DNA of 57,616 nucleotides, filler included, from Platydemus manokwari (Eukaryota), in assembly GCA_037951405.1 (NCBI GenBank). It is 5 parts of 5 records of this genome, joined end to end, with 100 filler letters (N's around TTAATTAATTAA, not from the genome) between each part and the next. Parts side by side here need not be neighbours in the genome. Positions count along the whole stretch, not along the records: positions 35,468 to 48,513 come from JBBMOY011866943.1; positions 48,614 to 57,616 come from JBBMOY011315760.1; 3 more parts are not named here. One strand, given 5' to 3'. Both the position numbers and the translations under genes were made by a program. Under the pieces are notes generated by a model that saw only the letters and a list, made by a program, of their open reading frames with translations, ran no database searches and was not told where the DNA came from. Positions within the stretch are counted from its first letter, which is position 1. Each line of letters starts with the position of its first letter. Below, piece after piece: positions 37,678 through 51,340 of this stretch.

Positions 37678-40600
37678 TAATATTATTTTCATTCATCAGA
37701 AAATGGATAATTCCATCGTATCAGAGAAGGTCTCATACAACATTCAGGCTGAAATGCTTATATATTTATGGTTGGGTCTTTTGAAAGACATGAGGGCATA
37801 TAAAATAGGTCTTCCAGAGGGTTACACCAGAGAAAGTTTTGTTGGAAGATTACCTCCCAAATTCATTGAATATAATGATGAGAGTATGTTTCAATTGAGA
37901 GCTTATATATTTATGGCACGAAATGTGATTGGATCTGATGATTCTGGTTTGTCAGATCCATTTGTAAGGATTATTATCGGTGAGCAAGTCAAAAAGACCA
38001 CTGTGTTCAAAGAAACTCGAAGTCCGATTTTTGATGAAACATTAATTATAGAGAACATCATTTTTAATTACTCTCCTGACATTTTGAAAACCAATCCCCC
38101 TCATGTTGTATTGGAGGTCTTCGATTGGGATTCAGATGTTAGAATATATTTTATTATTATATTTTAATATTTGTGTTTAGACGGAAGAAGAATTTCTTGG
38201 TCGAGTATTTTGTCAACCAACTGTTTACATTAAAGGTGATCCATATGTTAAACCAAAGTTACAGTGGTGGAATATTTTTAGAGGCACCATGGCAGCTGGT
38301 GATGTATTGGCAGCATTTGATCTCATAGAGGTTATTATCAATTATTTTATATCATACTGTATATTTAATGAGTTAATGATTAGGTAAACATAAATACGAA
38401 AAAGTTAGTCGTTAAAGGATTACCGACAATAAAAGACATAAATGATATGACAACAGAAATCAATGAGAATTCTTATGGTGAAAAGACTGAAGATAAATTG
38501 CGAATACCGCACGGTATTCGACCAGAATTGTCTCTATTTAGATTTGAAATTCTTATGTGGGGTGTGAGACAACTACAAAGAATTGATGTCATTCGCATTA
38601 AAAAGAGTCCATTTCTTCCAGTTCAGAGATTTGGAGTGTTTCCAATAAATCAACCAAGAATCATTATTGATATCGCTGGCTATCGAATAGAATCAGACAA
38701 AATTTCAGATTGGACCATTCAACCGAATTTTGAGGACAATCTTGTTTTCGTTGACCTAGTATGGTGAAAAGAGATGCTTTTTATATAATATTAATGAAAT
38801 TTTTGTAGAGATTGCCAGTTAATACACAATTCTGGCCGCCTATATCTATTAGTTGTTCCAATACCACGATATTTGGAATTACACAAGCTGTTGGCAATCA
38901 TGTCATTATCAATGTTGTAGACTTTTATGAACAAGTTAAAAAAGGTTAATTGTGTTTATTCTAACATCATTTATAAAGTTATTCTCGATCAATTTATGAG
39001 ATTATATTGGACTATTGCAATACTATGTCGTGCCAATGTAAATGACAGTCAATTATTAAGTTATTCTTTCAGATGATGACAGAGACGCAGACAAGACCAC
39101 GATTCAAGAAACCAGTGATGTCGATTTAATAAATTTTGGAGAAAATCAAATTGATGAAACAGAAATTGATGGTGAAAAACCTCTTGATGAAGTCGATGGT
39201 GAGAAAAAAAATGTTGACGTTACTGCACCGGTACCTGGAACGGTTAGTATTATATACATTATTATAAGAGTGTCTCTGACGTTTGTTTATTCAATAAGTC
39301 ACCTATTTCTATAATTTTCACAGTATCCTTGTTTTTTATATTTTATTAAAAATTTCTTAAGGTGGAGAAACAAATGCCACAAGTATCAAAGGAAGAGATG
39401 GAGTCGGTAGATTGGTGGGATAGATACTATGCAACAATTGGAGATTTAGGTGATCCAACTAAGGTAGATTTTATATATCATGATATATAATTGAAACTTT
39501 ATATTAATTTAGGAGAAAATTGTAGTTGAAAAAATTTCAGAAAGTGAAAGCGATCCTGAGGTAACTGCATATGTTCTAAACGATATTCCAGTCACAGTTA
39601 AAAGTGATGGTAAGTGTAACTCATTGATTTTACATATTCATTTTGAAATGTGTTTTACTCATAAATCGATTGATCGATAAGGATAAACAACACAGAATCC
39701 CAATTATTTGGTCTGATTTATTAGCATTGAATTACTTTTGAATATTCGAAAAGCCTTTAAAAAGTTCGACAAGTAAGTTACTACATATAAAATCAAATAT
39801 TACTTCATTATTTAAAAATCTTTATGGATTACCATGATATGCAGTAGTGAGTTTCTTGTTATCAATAATTATTTAAAATAATTTACATCTTCAATCACTC
39901 ACTAGATATTAAACTTTAAAATTCTGTCAATTCATTTCTTTTTATATTTTAGATGATGATGAAGATGTCCTTGAAATACCAGACGACGATAAGAAAAAGA
40001 AAAAGAAGAAAAAGAAAAAAAAGAGAAAGAGGAAGAAGAAATTTCGAAACCCATTTGAAGTATGTATGAAATGAAAGTAAAATCTTTTCTGATGATCCAA
40101 TTATTAGCCATCATCGAAAGAGCTTTTCATGAAAGAAGAACCAGACAATTTGAAAATGGAATCAGAATTCATCATCGATAATTCGTGGATAGAAAGAATT
40201 ACAGTGTCGACAATATTTTTTACAAAATTATAATAATTTCGAATTTATAGCTTTATCCTTGCGAGTTGGAGAATGTGATGGATTTCGGTGGATTTCATTA
40301 TCCATATAAATCATTTCCTCTATATCGTGGCAAGCAAGAGGACGATGACGAATCAGCAGAAAGTCCTGATAGATTCGGTGGTGTTTTTAAAGTTTGATAT
40401 ATTTTGAGAAAAGTGCAATGAAAGTGTCAATTTTAGGGAAATGTTTGTATTTACGATATCGATCTAGATGAGGCGGAGGAAATTAATGAAGATGAAGAAA
40501 TAATACAAATCAACGATAGCGATGATGATGAAGAAAGAGAAGAAAAGGAGAGGCGTATGGAGGAATTGGAAAGAATTAGAGAGGAAAGAGATTTGGAAAA

Positions 40601-43600
40601 AAAGAAAAGTCTCAGGTTATATAAATCTTTAAGAGACATAAATCCTGTCGAATTCGTTGTTCGAGTTTATATAATCAAGGTAAATGGTTTAAATAATTAT
40701 AATGATTATTAAAATCTAATTAAATAATTATTATTATTATTATTATACAAGTATGGTAATAATTTTGGTTAATAATCATTGAACATTTTTGCGATTTTTT
40801 ATTATCTCTAAGTAAAATAGGAATCTTCAATTTTCTGAGTCTTCCTTATAAATTTAATTTTATAAGGTGTGTTGGTGTTCTGGCCAGGCAAGTTACTTAC
40901 AACAATTAAATTACATAGAAAAATATATGTATCCATTTGCATGACAGTATGCATAAAATTTGTATTGATTTTATTGTATTAATATTTATTCAATCAATGT
41001 GTATTTTTTATATTTTGACAATCTTTGGAATTTGAGAAAAGACCAGTTTGAAATATTGATATTTATAATAATTATTATTTATATATACGTAAAATAATAA
41101 TACCAATAAAATTACCAATAGCAAATCCGTTGAAATTCCTTAAAATAATAAATTAATTTATAAAATATCAATACGCAAAAAGATATCACGCATTAACAGC
41201 GACAAATAAATTGTCATCTATTTTCTCGCATGAAAATTATATAACAGAATAAAATAATGACTCGATTAAATTTAATCGAGAGATATTTTCTCTGTCTAAT
41301 AATTATATTCTGAGAGAATTTCTCTCACCAGTGAATAAATTCACTGACATCGGATTTAATCGTCGCAGACAAAATCTGCGAGCAATTCACACTGCCTATA
41401 TAAGACAGTAATCACAAGCACAATTCCACAATTTTACTGATATTATTTTTGCTACCCACAATTTCACAGACGGCGTTATGCGCCATATAACGGTAGAAGA
41501 CACATTAAATTTCAATTTGATGCACTGTGGAAGATCATCTGGTGCAGAAGACCAATACCCCTGTATATGTCTGGCATTTGTTGGAAGACCCAAAGTAAGA
41601 CCATACCCGTAAAATACCGATTCATATTATATATCGTATCGTGTATTATTTTACTAGCGAGCTTTGACTCAAAAACCCCTCTCAAATGTAACTGGTTTTG
41701 CTCCAAGAGATTGGAGTCTATTAACCGTCAATCTTATTCAGAATTTGTTACGATAATCGTTTAGCTGTCATTTTTATTTGGTGTCTTGTAAAATCAATTT
41801 TTTATACTTTTTATTTAGTGTTAATTTGTTACAGCAATAAAAGTCAGTGTATTCAGTTCGTGTTTACTAATCACAGATAGAGAAAGTTGAGTGTAATAAT
41901 AAATGGTTTCAGACTGAAAAGGTTTATAAATAGTTTGGTTTTCATAGATCATAGTTGTCGTATATTTTGTCATCATACATACGCAAGGCGAAAATTAAAT
42001 CAATAACAACAAGGTTTAATAGATTGAGCCTTGGGTTTGTAATTGAACCACAAGACATTGATAAGACGACTGTGATTTATACGCAAATATTGAAATAAGT
42101 TTGAAAGAGACTGATTGATAATTAAAATAAAAAACCAACAATAATATTTGTTAATAATCATTAAATATTCTTGCGATCTTTTATTATCTCTTAGTAAAAT
42201 ACGAATTTTCAATTTTTTGAGTCTTCTTTATCAATTTAATTTTATAAGGTACATAATATTATATTATCTAAAATATCAGCTAACATGTAATTATATTTAT
42301 TATTTTAGGCAATCAATCTTCATCCAAGTGATTTCAATGGAAAAGCTGACCCGTATATATTAGTAAGACTAGGAGATAAGGAGATTAGAAACAGAGAAAA
42401 TTATATCCCTAAAACTTTAAATCCAGTGTTTGGCAATTTCTTTGAATTCGAAGTTACTTTTCCTCAGGAAAGTTTTCTAGTAATACAAGTCCATGACTGG
42501 GACAGGTTGACAAAAGATAAGCTTATCGGTGAAACATCAATAGATCTGGAGAATCGATGGCTCAGTCCACATCGTGGATCGTGTGGAATTATGAAATCAT
42601 ATCATAAGTTAGTTTTCGGATAATTTTATTCAATTTAATCCCATACAGCTACAAAATATTAATCAGATCGGCTACTTTTATTTACGATTGAAAGATTTAA
42701 TTAAATAGCTATTTTAAATGTTTTGTGATCGTCGATATATAATTTGATAGAAATCATATCTGGTGTACACGCTTCGAAAGAAAGCGAAAGTAGTCAAAGT
42801 GTTGATAAATATCAATGTTCACTTTATATCTTTAAGATCCTCTTTATATAATTTTAATAAAATCCAGAAAATTGTATCCACATTGTTAATTATATATAAA
42901 ATTATTTTGATGTATTTAAAGACAGTAGGCTGGCTTAAAATTCTTTTGGTAATTCATGATGAGAAGTTGCATTCGTTTGAGTTTTCATATCATAGAATTA
43001 TTATGATAATGATATTGTATTTCAGTCATGGCTACCTCAAATGGAAAGACTACATGTTACCAACTTCTATTCTCAAATCATTGTGTGAAGAGCACGAACT
43101 TGATCTCCCAATTTATGATAAATTGACAGATAAGGTTGATATTTGCGGAAAAACTTACGAAGCCGTAACAATGATTGAAGATGATGATGGATGTAAGTGA
43201 TTTTGTATTCATGAAAACTGCAACAGGCAGAATAATAAATATATTTTGAATATCAATACCAAATGATGTCGTGAATGCTGATGGATGTATAGATGATGAG
43301 ACTGATAAAATCTTATAATAGCATCAGCAATGATAAATGAATGATAAATTGTATTAAATAATGTGTTTATGAAGATATGAAAAGATGTTGGCTGTGAATT
43401 TGTCACGAGATATCTGAATTGTACCAGTTAATAAGAGTTGTGTGCAATAAATAAGGTTGTCTATAAATAATAATTTGAAGTCAACTCAGACTTAAATCTT
43501 TATTAATGTGATACGGATTTTCAATCATCACTGTATCACCAACTGAAAATTCATGGGAATATTTCTCTCAATTATATTATTCTGCTTGATTCGCAAGCCA

Positions 43601-46480
43601 ATTCTTATTATAATTTTGTACTTCTTTTAAAATTTTCCTATAATGATTCATAAACTCTTCACAATGTTTCTTTTATCTGCTATAAAAAATACTGCAAAAA
43701 TCTATCCACTTTTCGGCTCTGTCTGTCAACAACCATAGCTTTTACAAAGTAATCACTATCTCCGATCGGTACGCCATTCGCTAATATTGGTAGTTCATTA
43801 TTCTGGATATTCTCTTCTACTTCCGTCGTATTCGGACCCTCGAGAGGAGCTTCGATAACAAGTATTGAAAACAATACCATCGGAAAATATTATCTAAAGG
43901 ATTTTACCAAAGCAAATAGTCGGCATCCAGAAACGGACGAAGACAAAATGTTTCAGTAATAAGTAATGGCTTTGAAAATATGTTAACACTCAATATTGAA
44001 ATTATTTCGAGAGTAACTTTATTTATGATTAGAGTAAAATATGATTAACAAAAATTCTTAATAACTCTTACCTGCTCACCTCAAATTAATCCATGAAAAG
44101 TTCTCGAAAGAAATTAGTCCAATATATTTATAAGAAAATCAATTGATCGCTATAATCATTGATCACAAATATTATTTCTGGAGTTGAAAGCTTCGAATAC
44201 CCGTTCGCTGTGGCCGAGGTTTTTCAATCCAATTTTTAATGTGTGTTTTGAACCAATGTGCTCTTAATATTATTAGTGTATCTATTCTGAACGCAGCGTG
44301 GGAGGCTATTCTTGAATTTTTAAGGAACTGACAAACTTGTAGATTTGAATTGATTCGATTATTGGGTTTATTTATAATTGAAACTTTTTTTCCTTTACAG
44401 TTGGGAATTTCATCAACATATTTCCTATGTATCAATCTTCGACCTAGGTCAGGCTCCAATATTATTCTAATTAGATTTATTCCAAATATTGTTCGAAATT
44501 CTATATTTTGTAATGATTTTGGTTTCTCCATGATACGAGGGTCGATTGATAAATAAGGTCTCCTAGGTTATAAAATTGGTTTGAGAACAGATAGAATAAT
44601 GAAACAAGTGTCAAAAGAAAGATAATTTATAGATGTAGATGAAGCTGTTTTCGTTTGGATTCATACTACGACTTTAAATGTTACTTTACCGATTAATTCT
44701 AGCTTACTATCATTTGCGCAAAGTGCATTTTATCCAGTATATTTTATTTCTATATATTTCATGCTTTTAATCTTTTGCAACTAGTTGATATCTCGATAAA
44801 TAATATTTAATGCTTATTTCACATTCTCTTAGCATTTAACCACCAGAAACGCCATGTAATATAAAATATATTTTTTTGCACATTGAGAATTATGACTTTT
44901 GAATCCAACATATAAAACGAAGAAGTGTTAGCAACTAACAATATTATTTCAGTTCATCTTATTTACTTATATTATTATCAACTATCTGTTAAACTTTATG
45001 GAAGAATACTCCAGCCTATTCCGATTACATCAGGTTTAGAAGGTTTTTTAAACAATCTTATTCAAATCATCCTTTTTGTACCCAAGGGTCTGTTTCAGTC
45101 TTTCCTCATAACCGGTAATGTACATCGAAATAGAATCCTATTTGGCGAACATTCTCCGGTCCACTTTATCAACCACAAAAAATTCCTAATCATTTTTGTG
45201 GTATTAACCATCTCAAAATATTTGGAACTAGCATATAAGGGCCGTATAAGGGCCATGTCAGAGGTAGATATAATGTTTTATTTATTAGAAATATTTAATA
45301 AAATTTTAAACAACACAGAATAAGTTCATAAATATTTTTATATTATATTATGAATGTCTTATAAGTACTGGATTATATCTAGTGATACTCATGATTTAAA
45401 GATTTGTGAGTTTATTTTGAAATTCTTCACTTCAATCCCAAATATTTAATGCCGATAATTTGACATTTGCAGAAAGAATTCTAAAACCTCCCTCTTATTC
45501 ATTTTTCTGCAGTTTTTTATACCCCTTACTCCGATGCCACTAATGTCATTTCAAAGTCATCATCAAATGAATTGAATATCTTGCCACATGAATTTTTATT
45601 TATAACTTGAACAAATATATTTCAGCTCAAATCAAATCTTTAGAACCACTGGCTTTAGAAATTCTCCAAAATTGGGACGAAATTGTTGATGGCTGCAAGC
45701 TCGTTCCAGAACATATTGAAACACGCCCAATATTTTTACAGGAAAAACCAGGCATCCAACAGGGACTGCTCGAAATGTGGGTGGATATGTATCCAGCTGG
45801 TAGTTCTATACCAGCTCCGATTGATATCACACCAAGAAAGCCAGTCGGTTATGAATTGAGAATAACAATACTCAAGACAGAAAAGGTTCGGTTGGTCAAT
45901 GTCAACTTTTTCACCAAAGAAAAAACGGTGGATATATTTGTTAAGTCATGGATGAAGTCGACAGATATCGATCTTCAGAAAACTGATGTTCATTACAAGT
46001 ATTGATAATTTTGGTATGAAGCTGTGACATGTAACTGTCTTTATATTTCAGATCATTATCTGGTCAGGGACTATTTAATTATCGATTTGTTTTTCAATTT
46101 GATTATCTCAAAGCAGAAGACAGCATTGTTTACAAGAATAAAAATGTTTATGAAATTGACGAAGCCGAATACAAAACACCTTGTTTTCTAAATATGCAAG
46201 TCTTGGATTCCGGTTTGATTAGCAGTGATAAAATTATTGGTACTTCAATTCTGTCACCAATTCATTAATATTTCCTCTTTCGCCAATAGGACGATTTAAA
46301 TTCAGATTAAGCCGATTTCCTAAACCTGCTATGTATTATCGATCGTGTGATCCATTTCAACATTCGGATGCCTGTGCCAGATTCAATTTATTTCGAAACA
46401 AGAAAGTCAGAGGATGGTGGCCATTGTTGTATAATCCTAGGGATGAAGATTCTGAAGAAGAAGATGGACAAGAAATCGGA
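36783..46480 (+). CDS. Type II ferlin (otoferlin/Fer1L-like), partial: FerA/FerB to the last C2 domains, many exons
   Basis: Ferlin motifs: STTQ...[12 protein letters not shown]; [13 protein letters not shown]; [25 protein letters not shown]; IPHGIRPEL; VDWWDRYYA; [10 protein letters not shown]...[12 protein letters not shown]; IDLENRW; [10 protein letters not shown]...[12 protein letters not shown]; [20 protein letters not shown]; VRGWWP. No DysF domain seen. The N-terminus and TM anchor were not found on this contig. Confidence 0.93.
40766..42250 (+). repeat. ~100-bp direct repeats (40766-40868 and 42148-42250) of an older repeat interrupted by the solo LTR
   Basis: Both read GTTAATAATCATT.AA.ATT.TTGCGAT.TTTTATTATCTCT.AGTAAAATA.GAAT.TTCAATTTT.TGAGTCTTC.TTAT.AATTTAATTTTATAAGGT. 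Confidence 0.85.
40870..42011 (+). mobile_element. Solo LTR (1142 bp), family C copy 1, in a ferlin intron
   Basis: TGTTG...CAACA termini with near-perfect 5-bp TSD AGGTG/AGGTT. TATA box CCTATATAAG at ~41395 and AATAAA at ~41836. Homologous to 52502-53330. Confidence 0.78.
43204..45260 (-). mobile_element. Nested decayed retroelement scraps in a ferlin intron (LTR-like piece, gypsy integrase tail, LINE RT tails)
   Basis: [14 protein letters not shown] (- strand, ~43510-43560) resembles a gypsy integrase tail. 44100-44900 and 45000-45260 read like degenerate LINE C-terminal coding. All are heavily interrupted. Confidence 0.4.
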
Positions 46481-47986
46481 GTAAAGATTAAAATCGTTAT
46501 ATCATTGTATTCATATTTTAATCCTCATCTATACAGCTGAACACGTTCAATATCATAATGTCATTTCATTGAAAATTCTTTCCTCATTTTCTCCAGATTT
46601 AAAGTTAAGCAAAACGATTAAAAACTAAGGAAAATAAATAGTAGAAGTGGAATGCAATTTCGTTCACATTGCAAAGAGTTTGTGCATGTTAACAAAATAT
46701 TTTAATAATAATTCGTTATTCGTCAGATCTCTGAAAAAACGGATAAACATGTTCATTGACTCTTAACCTCATCAGTTATTTGATGACCTTGATAACATAA
46801 AGTAACATTGAAAGAGCAAAAATACCTCCTAGCTTATAATTGAATAAAATACGATAAGGACTTCCAGAGGATTTCCGTCTGAGTAACGCTTATTACTTCC
46901 CATCCTTTAAGTTCCATCATTTGCGTAGCATCATCAATAAGTTGGTAACAATCTGTTGTAAACCAAATTTCTACACGATTAAAAGTTCAATTGAATCTAA
47001 ATAGTTTTATTTTTCAAATACCGCCGAGACAAACTGTCTTGAAATGAAATATGAAATGAAGTTTTCGATATTATTAAAAAGATTCCCATTTTTACTGTCA
47101 TTGTTGGAATAAACTGTGTATTTATATATATTGTCAAACATATTTCTCTCTTTGAATTTGTTAATATTTCCAATTGGCGCTTTCTTCAATCAGTTATGTA
47201 AACACGGGATTTGAGTAACTGAAAGGAATTGATTTCTTGACATTTCTCTTTGAATTCATTGGATTAAATGTAATTCTATTAAAAATCTTAATTAAATGTA
47301 ATTCTATTCAAAATCTTAATTTCGATAGTCACTACAATCACTACAATATTCACTAAGTAGATTCTGATAAGAATATATTTATAAAACAATTGTTTATAGG
47401 GGTTAAATCCCTCTCACAAATTAGGACTACATCTCGATACAATCTCGGGATACCAAAGCAGAATCTACATGTACACATACAATACTTTTTCAAATTGCAT
47501 AATTCTTACAGGTATCATTCTTAGTCTTTTAGTAGTTTTCTATAAAATACCACACAAGACTTTTCTGGGTGTCTTTAAATATTAATTTGCGCGCAGAGTT
47601 TATTATATCAAAGTTTTCATTAATTTTAATAATTCTTTATTAGCATAAGCATTGGCACTCAATTATTAAATCTGTATTTTCATTAATATTTCGAGCTTAC
47701 ATATTAACTTAAATCGTTTTATACATTCAATTATTTTAGAAAATTAATTGGTTTTATTAAATAAATTACATATTTTCAATCCTATCACACATCAGTTGTC
47801 ATTTGAAATCAATTCTAGACGATTACTCATTTTTAATTAGAGGATTTTACAATAAGTTATGATATTAAGTTATTTACACTAAGATATACAATGACATCTT
47901 AAGTAAATTAGCTTTAATGGCAACCATGTGTTCAATTGACACACATTTTGACTGTCAGTTCTTGCAGCTTCATTATAAGTTTACAT

Positions 47987-48330
47987 GGGCTAAAGTTAAA
48001 AAAAAGGGTCCTATAATGAAATATTAAATTTGTTGAGTGTATTGCAAAATTCTATATAGTTTATTTAATTATATTCACTAAAAACATTTTGAATTTTTTA
48101 GTTAAATACTTAAAAAGAAACTTAGTTGTTTTAAATAAATTAATAAATACACTAGAGCTGAAAAATATCCTAAAATTTGATTAATTAAAAAAATGAAAAA
48201 ACTAGGTCGAATTGCAATTTATTGAACATTAGAGAGCACCCCTTCTTTTAATTTTAGAAGCAAATTGAGAGATATTCTCAATTTTTACAATTATTTTAAT
48301 AAAAATAAGCAATGATATTATTAAACATAT
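47987..48330 (+). repeat. DNA transposon terminus (GGGC-start long TIR-like repeat), copy 1
   Basis: Diverged reverse-complement match to 49260-49582: GGGCTAAAGTTAAAAAA...GAGTGTATTGCAAAA.TCTATATAG...ACCCCTTCTTTTAA. Confidence 0.75.
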
Positions 48331-48513
48331 CTGTAATTATCTAACTCGATTTATAATTATAAAAATTTTAATTTAAAACCTAAAATAATCATATAGAAGT
48401 GTTGTGATTAGACTAGGAACTTGGTTTTAAAACTAGGTTTTGTCACTATTAGACATCTTAAAAAATGAAATATTAACTGAATTATACGAATAAATCAAAC
48501 ATAGCAGTTATAT

Positions 48514-48613
48514 NNNNNNNNNNNNNNNNNNNNNNNNNNNNNNNNNNNNNNNNNNNNTTAATTAATTAANNNNNNNNNNNNNNNNNNNNNNNNNNNNNNN
48601 NNNNNNNNNNNNN
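48514..48613. other. Artificial assembly spacer
   Basis: N44-TTAATTAATTAA-N44. Confidence 0.97.
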
Positions 48614-48761
48614 AGCGGGATCAAACAACTTGCTCATAGATGGGTTCAAGCCATAGATTCAAATGGTCTTTACTTTGAAACTTAATTGTTCTCCATTTGT
48701 TGTAAAATTATGTTTAAATTTTTAATAAAAAATCGGAAAGAACTTTTGGTTCACCCTAATA
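48614..48761 (+). mobile_element. Mariner transposon 3' end (transposase C-terminus + TIR)
   Basis: SGIKQLAHRWVQAIDSNGLYFET* matches the mariner GI..L..RW......G.YF tail. It is followed by the TIR AAAAATCGGAAAGAACTTTTGGTTCACCCTAA and TA. Confidence 0.88.
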
Positions 48762-49259
48762 TAATTTTACATATATAAAAATAATAATTATTATAAATAT
48801 TAATATTTCAGAAGAGTTGTTGCTGAAAAATCCTAGAGAATTAAAATCATAAAAATACATGCAAAATTAAATAAAAAATCTCAATAAATAATTTTAAATT
48901 GTTTTATGGTTTTATTTTAATAAAAATTGTCAATATTTGTTGATTGTTAGTTTACTAGTTGATTTGTAAATATAATATATTTTTAAATATAATTTTTTTG
49001 GGTTAGCCCTGTGCACCAAAAATATTTTATTCAGAATGTCGAAAAGGGATAAGGCTGAATTGTTGAACTAAGTCCCTGTTTGAATCCCGAAACTGATATA
49101 TTTGTGGCATCTTCGCCTGTACGATTTATTTGATTTGAATCAAATCTTCATTTCATTACAACATCGAAAAATTTGGGATCTATGTATCCAATCTATTAAA
49201 TAGGTATTAATATACTTATTTTGAGAGAAAGCACAAGTACCTTGTTCCTGGTACTTATC

Positions 49260-49582
49260 AATAATTTAGAAGTCACTTTTTTATAAAATAACTCTAAAAA
49301 TCTTAGATATCATTCTGATTTCTTCTAATGTTAAAAGAAGGGGTCATCACTAATTTTCAATTAATTGCATTTTGACCTACTTTCACACGTTTTTCAAATA
49401 ATCATTTTTAGGGGATTTCAAAAATCTTATGGATGTATTATTTGATTCTAAATAACTAAAATTTTACTTAAGTACTTAAATAAAAAATTCAAAATGTTAT
49501 TAAAGAATTTAATTAAATAATCTATATAGATTTTTGCAATACACTCCACAATTTTAGAATTTTATTTTTTAACTTTAGCCCC
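49260..49582 (-). repeat. DNA transposon terminus, copy 2 (PIF/Harbinger- or Kolobok-like end)
   Basis: Ends ...TTTAGCCCC followed by TTAA; inverted homologue of 47987-48330. Confidence 0.7.
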
Positions 49583-51149
49583 TTAATGGATAACTTTACA
49601 TATGAAGAAAAATTAACTAAAAAAGCATGAATAAACCTTTTTTGAATGGATGAGGATGAAAATTCAAAAGAATTTAGTTTTATATTTATACTTGGTCACA
49701 GTAATAGCGCTTTGATATAATTTACAAGTTAATTGATATATTTATGAAAATAATCAATTTTGATCCTTTTCGTGGCATTAATATTTGATGGATATTGCAT
49801 AAATTTCACTTGTAACAATTTTTATGATGTTTCAAATTGCTATTTTTGCAAAAATAATATAATAATATTGTTTTTATCTGTTGTTTATTCCTGGAGTGAG
49901 AAATAGTTAATCAAAATATCGGGTTAGAAGTAAATATTTCTGATTAAATTGTAACATTTTTAAAAAAGTAGAACTTCCATAGGCAGATAATAAAAATAAA
50001 TTTAGTGATTTCATATAATAAATGGAATTCCTTATCGGTAGCAACGATTTTAAATATTTATTGTGAGGAAAATTCTAAATTAAGATTAAGCTTAATAAAA
50101 GCTCTTTGGAAATTTGTTTAAAAAATATTTGATTTATTAATGTTAATAAAAGTTACGAAAATCGTATAAATTAATTCTTCCATTGAATTCTCAATTTTAA
50201 ACATGGTAGCTACTACTAACATTTATAAAAATCATTATTAATGTATAATTTTCTTAATTTTCTTTTCAAATCTTTTCGTAACAACATTGTAATAGTTTTG
50301 GCGATTAATATTTTAATATAATAATAAACATATATGTAACGATTCATAGAATAATAGCTTTTCCAATTAAAACAAAATTTGTTTGATAATTAATAAATAA
50401 TCAGAGGATTAAATTAAAATTAAGGGAATAAATATTATATGAAGATGTTTAAAAGCTCGACCATTCATGAAATACAATTAGTATAAATAGAGGGGGGAAG
50501 TAGTAAGAGGTCAATATTTGAAAGATACTACAATTATTGATTATCAATTTGCATTTGTCATTCGAATATTATTGCAAAATGACATTGTAAGAGTGAGGTT
50601 AAAGTAGACGTCTTATTATATAAACTATTATTACGATATTTTACTGATGTTAAATACCATAATTATAATTGAAAATCACAATATTTTACAGAAAACCAGT
50701 TAATAAAGAAATCACGGTCCATTTCGTTTGGTACGGCCTTTCACACTTTGGTTTGTTTGCAAAATTTGCAAATTATTTGTCTCCTAAATGGTCAGTAATA
50801 CAGAAATTTCATTAAATTTTCCTAAAACATATTGTCTATTTAAAACGAATTTAGTTTAAATAATCTAAAATTAAAACCTTCAAGCGGGACTTTGAAACTT
50901 TGCTCAGCGCATTGATTGACACAGGAAAAATTAAGACTGTAAACTAGTTGGCTTTTATGAAACACTATCAGTCTTTTGTGATCGATAAACTTTTGCAGAT
51001 TCTTCTTTAATATACTGGAAGCACTGTGATATTGGCAGTACTATTATTATTATTATTATTATTATTTCATTTTCAAATAAATTCCGATTGTGACACAGGA
51101 CTCTGAGACGATAATTATTTAGTGTTATTTTTATTTATTATTTTTGATT

Positions 51150-51340
51150 AAAATATAAAATATTATGCAAGATATTTTAAATGAATTGGATTTTTAATTC
51201 AAATTTAATTCAAATTTTATATAAAATCATATTTATATAACATTAAATTTATTTGTTTAAATATTTGTATTTAAATAGATTTTTGGTGTCTTGACTTTTC
51301 AGTTCGTTTTTTAATGTGTGGTTTTTAAAAAATAGCGGCT
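51150..51340 (+). repeat. Dispersed repeat; other copies at ~57130-57300 and partial ~57490-57540
   Basis: Shared ATTTAATTCAAATTTTATATAAAAT...ATTTGTTTAAATA.TTGTAT...TGACTTTTCAGTTCGTTTT. Confidence 0.75.

Noticed and set aside
12917-48613. Recurrent TTAATTAATTAA palindrome at four roughly evenly spaced sites
   Set aside because: Always embedded in N44 flanks; an artificial six-frame-stop linker, not biology.
47987-49582. A single 1.6-kb transposon bounded by ~340-bp TIRs
   Set aside because: The arms flank an artificial gap, are clearly diverged and share no TSD; more likely two independent copies.
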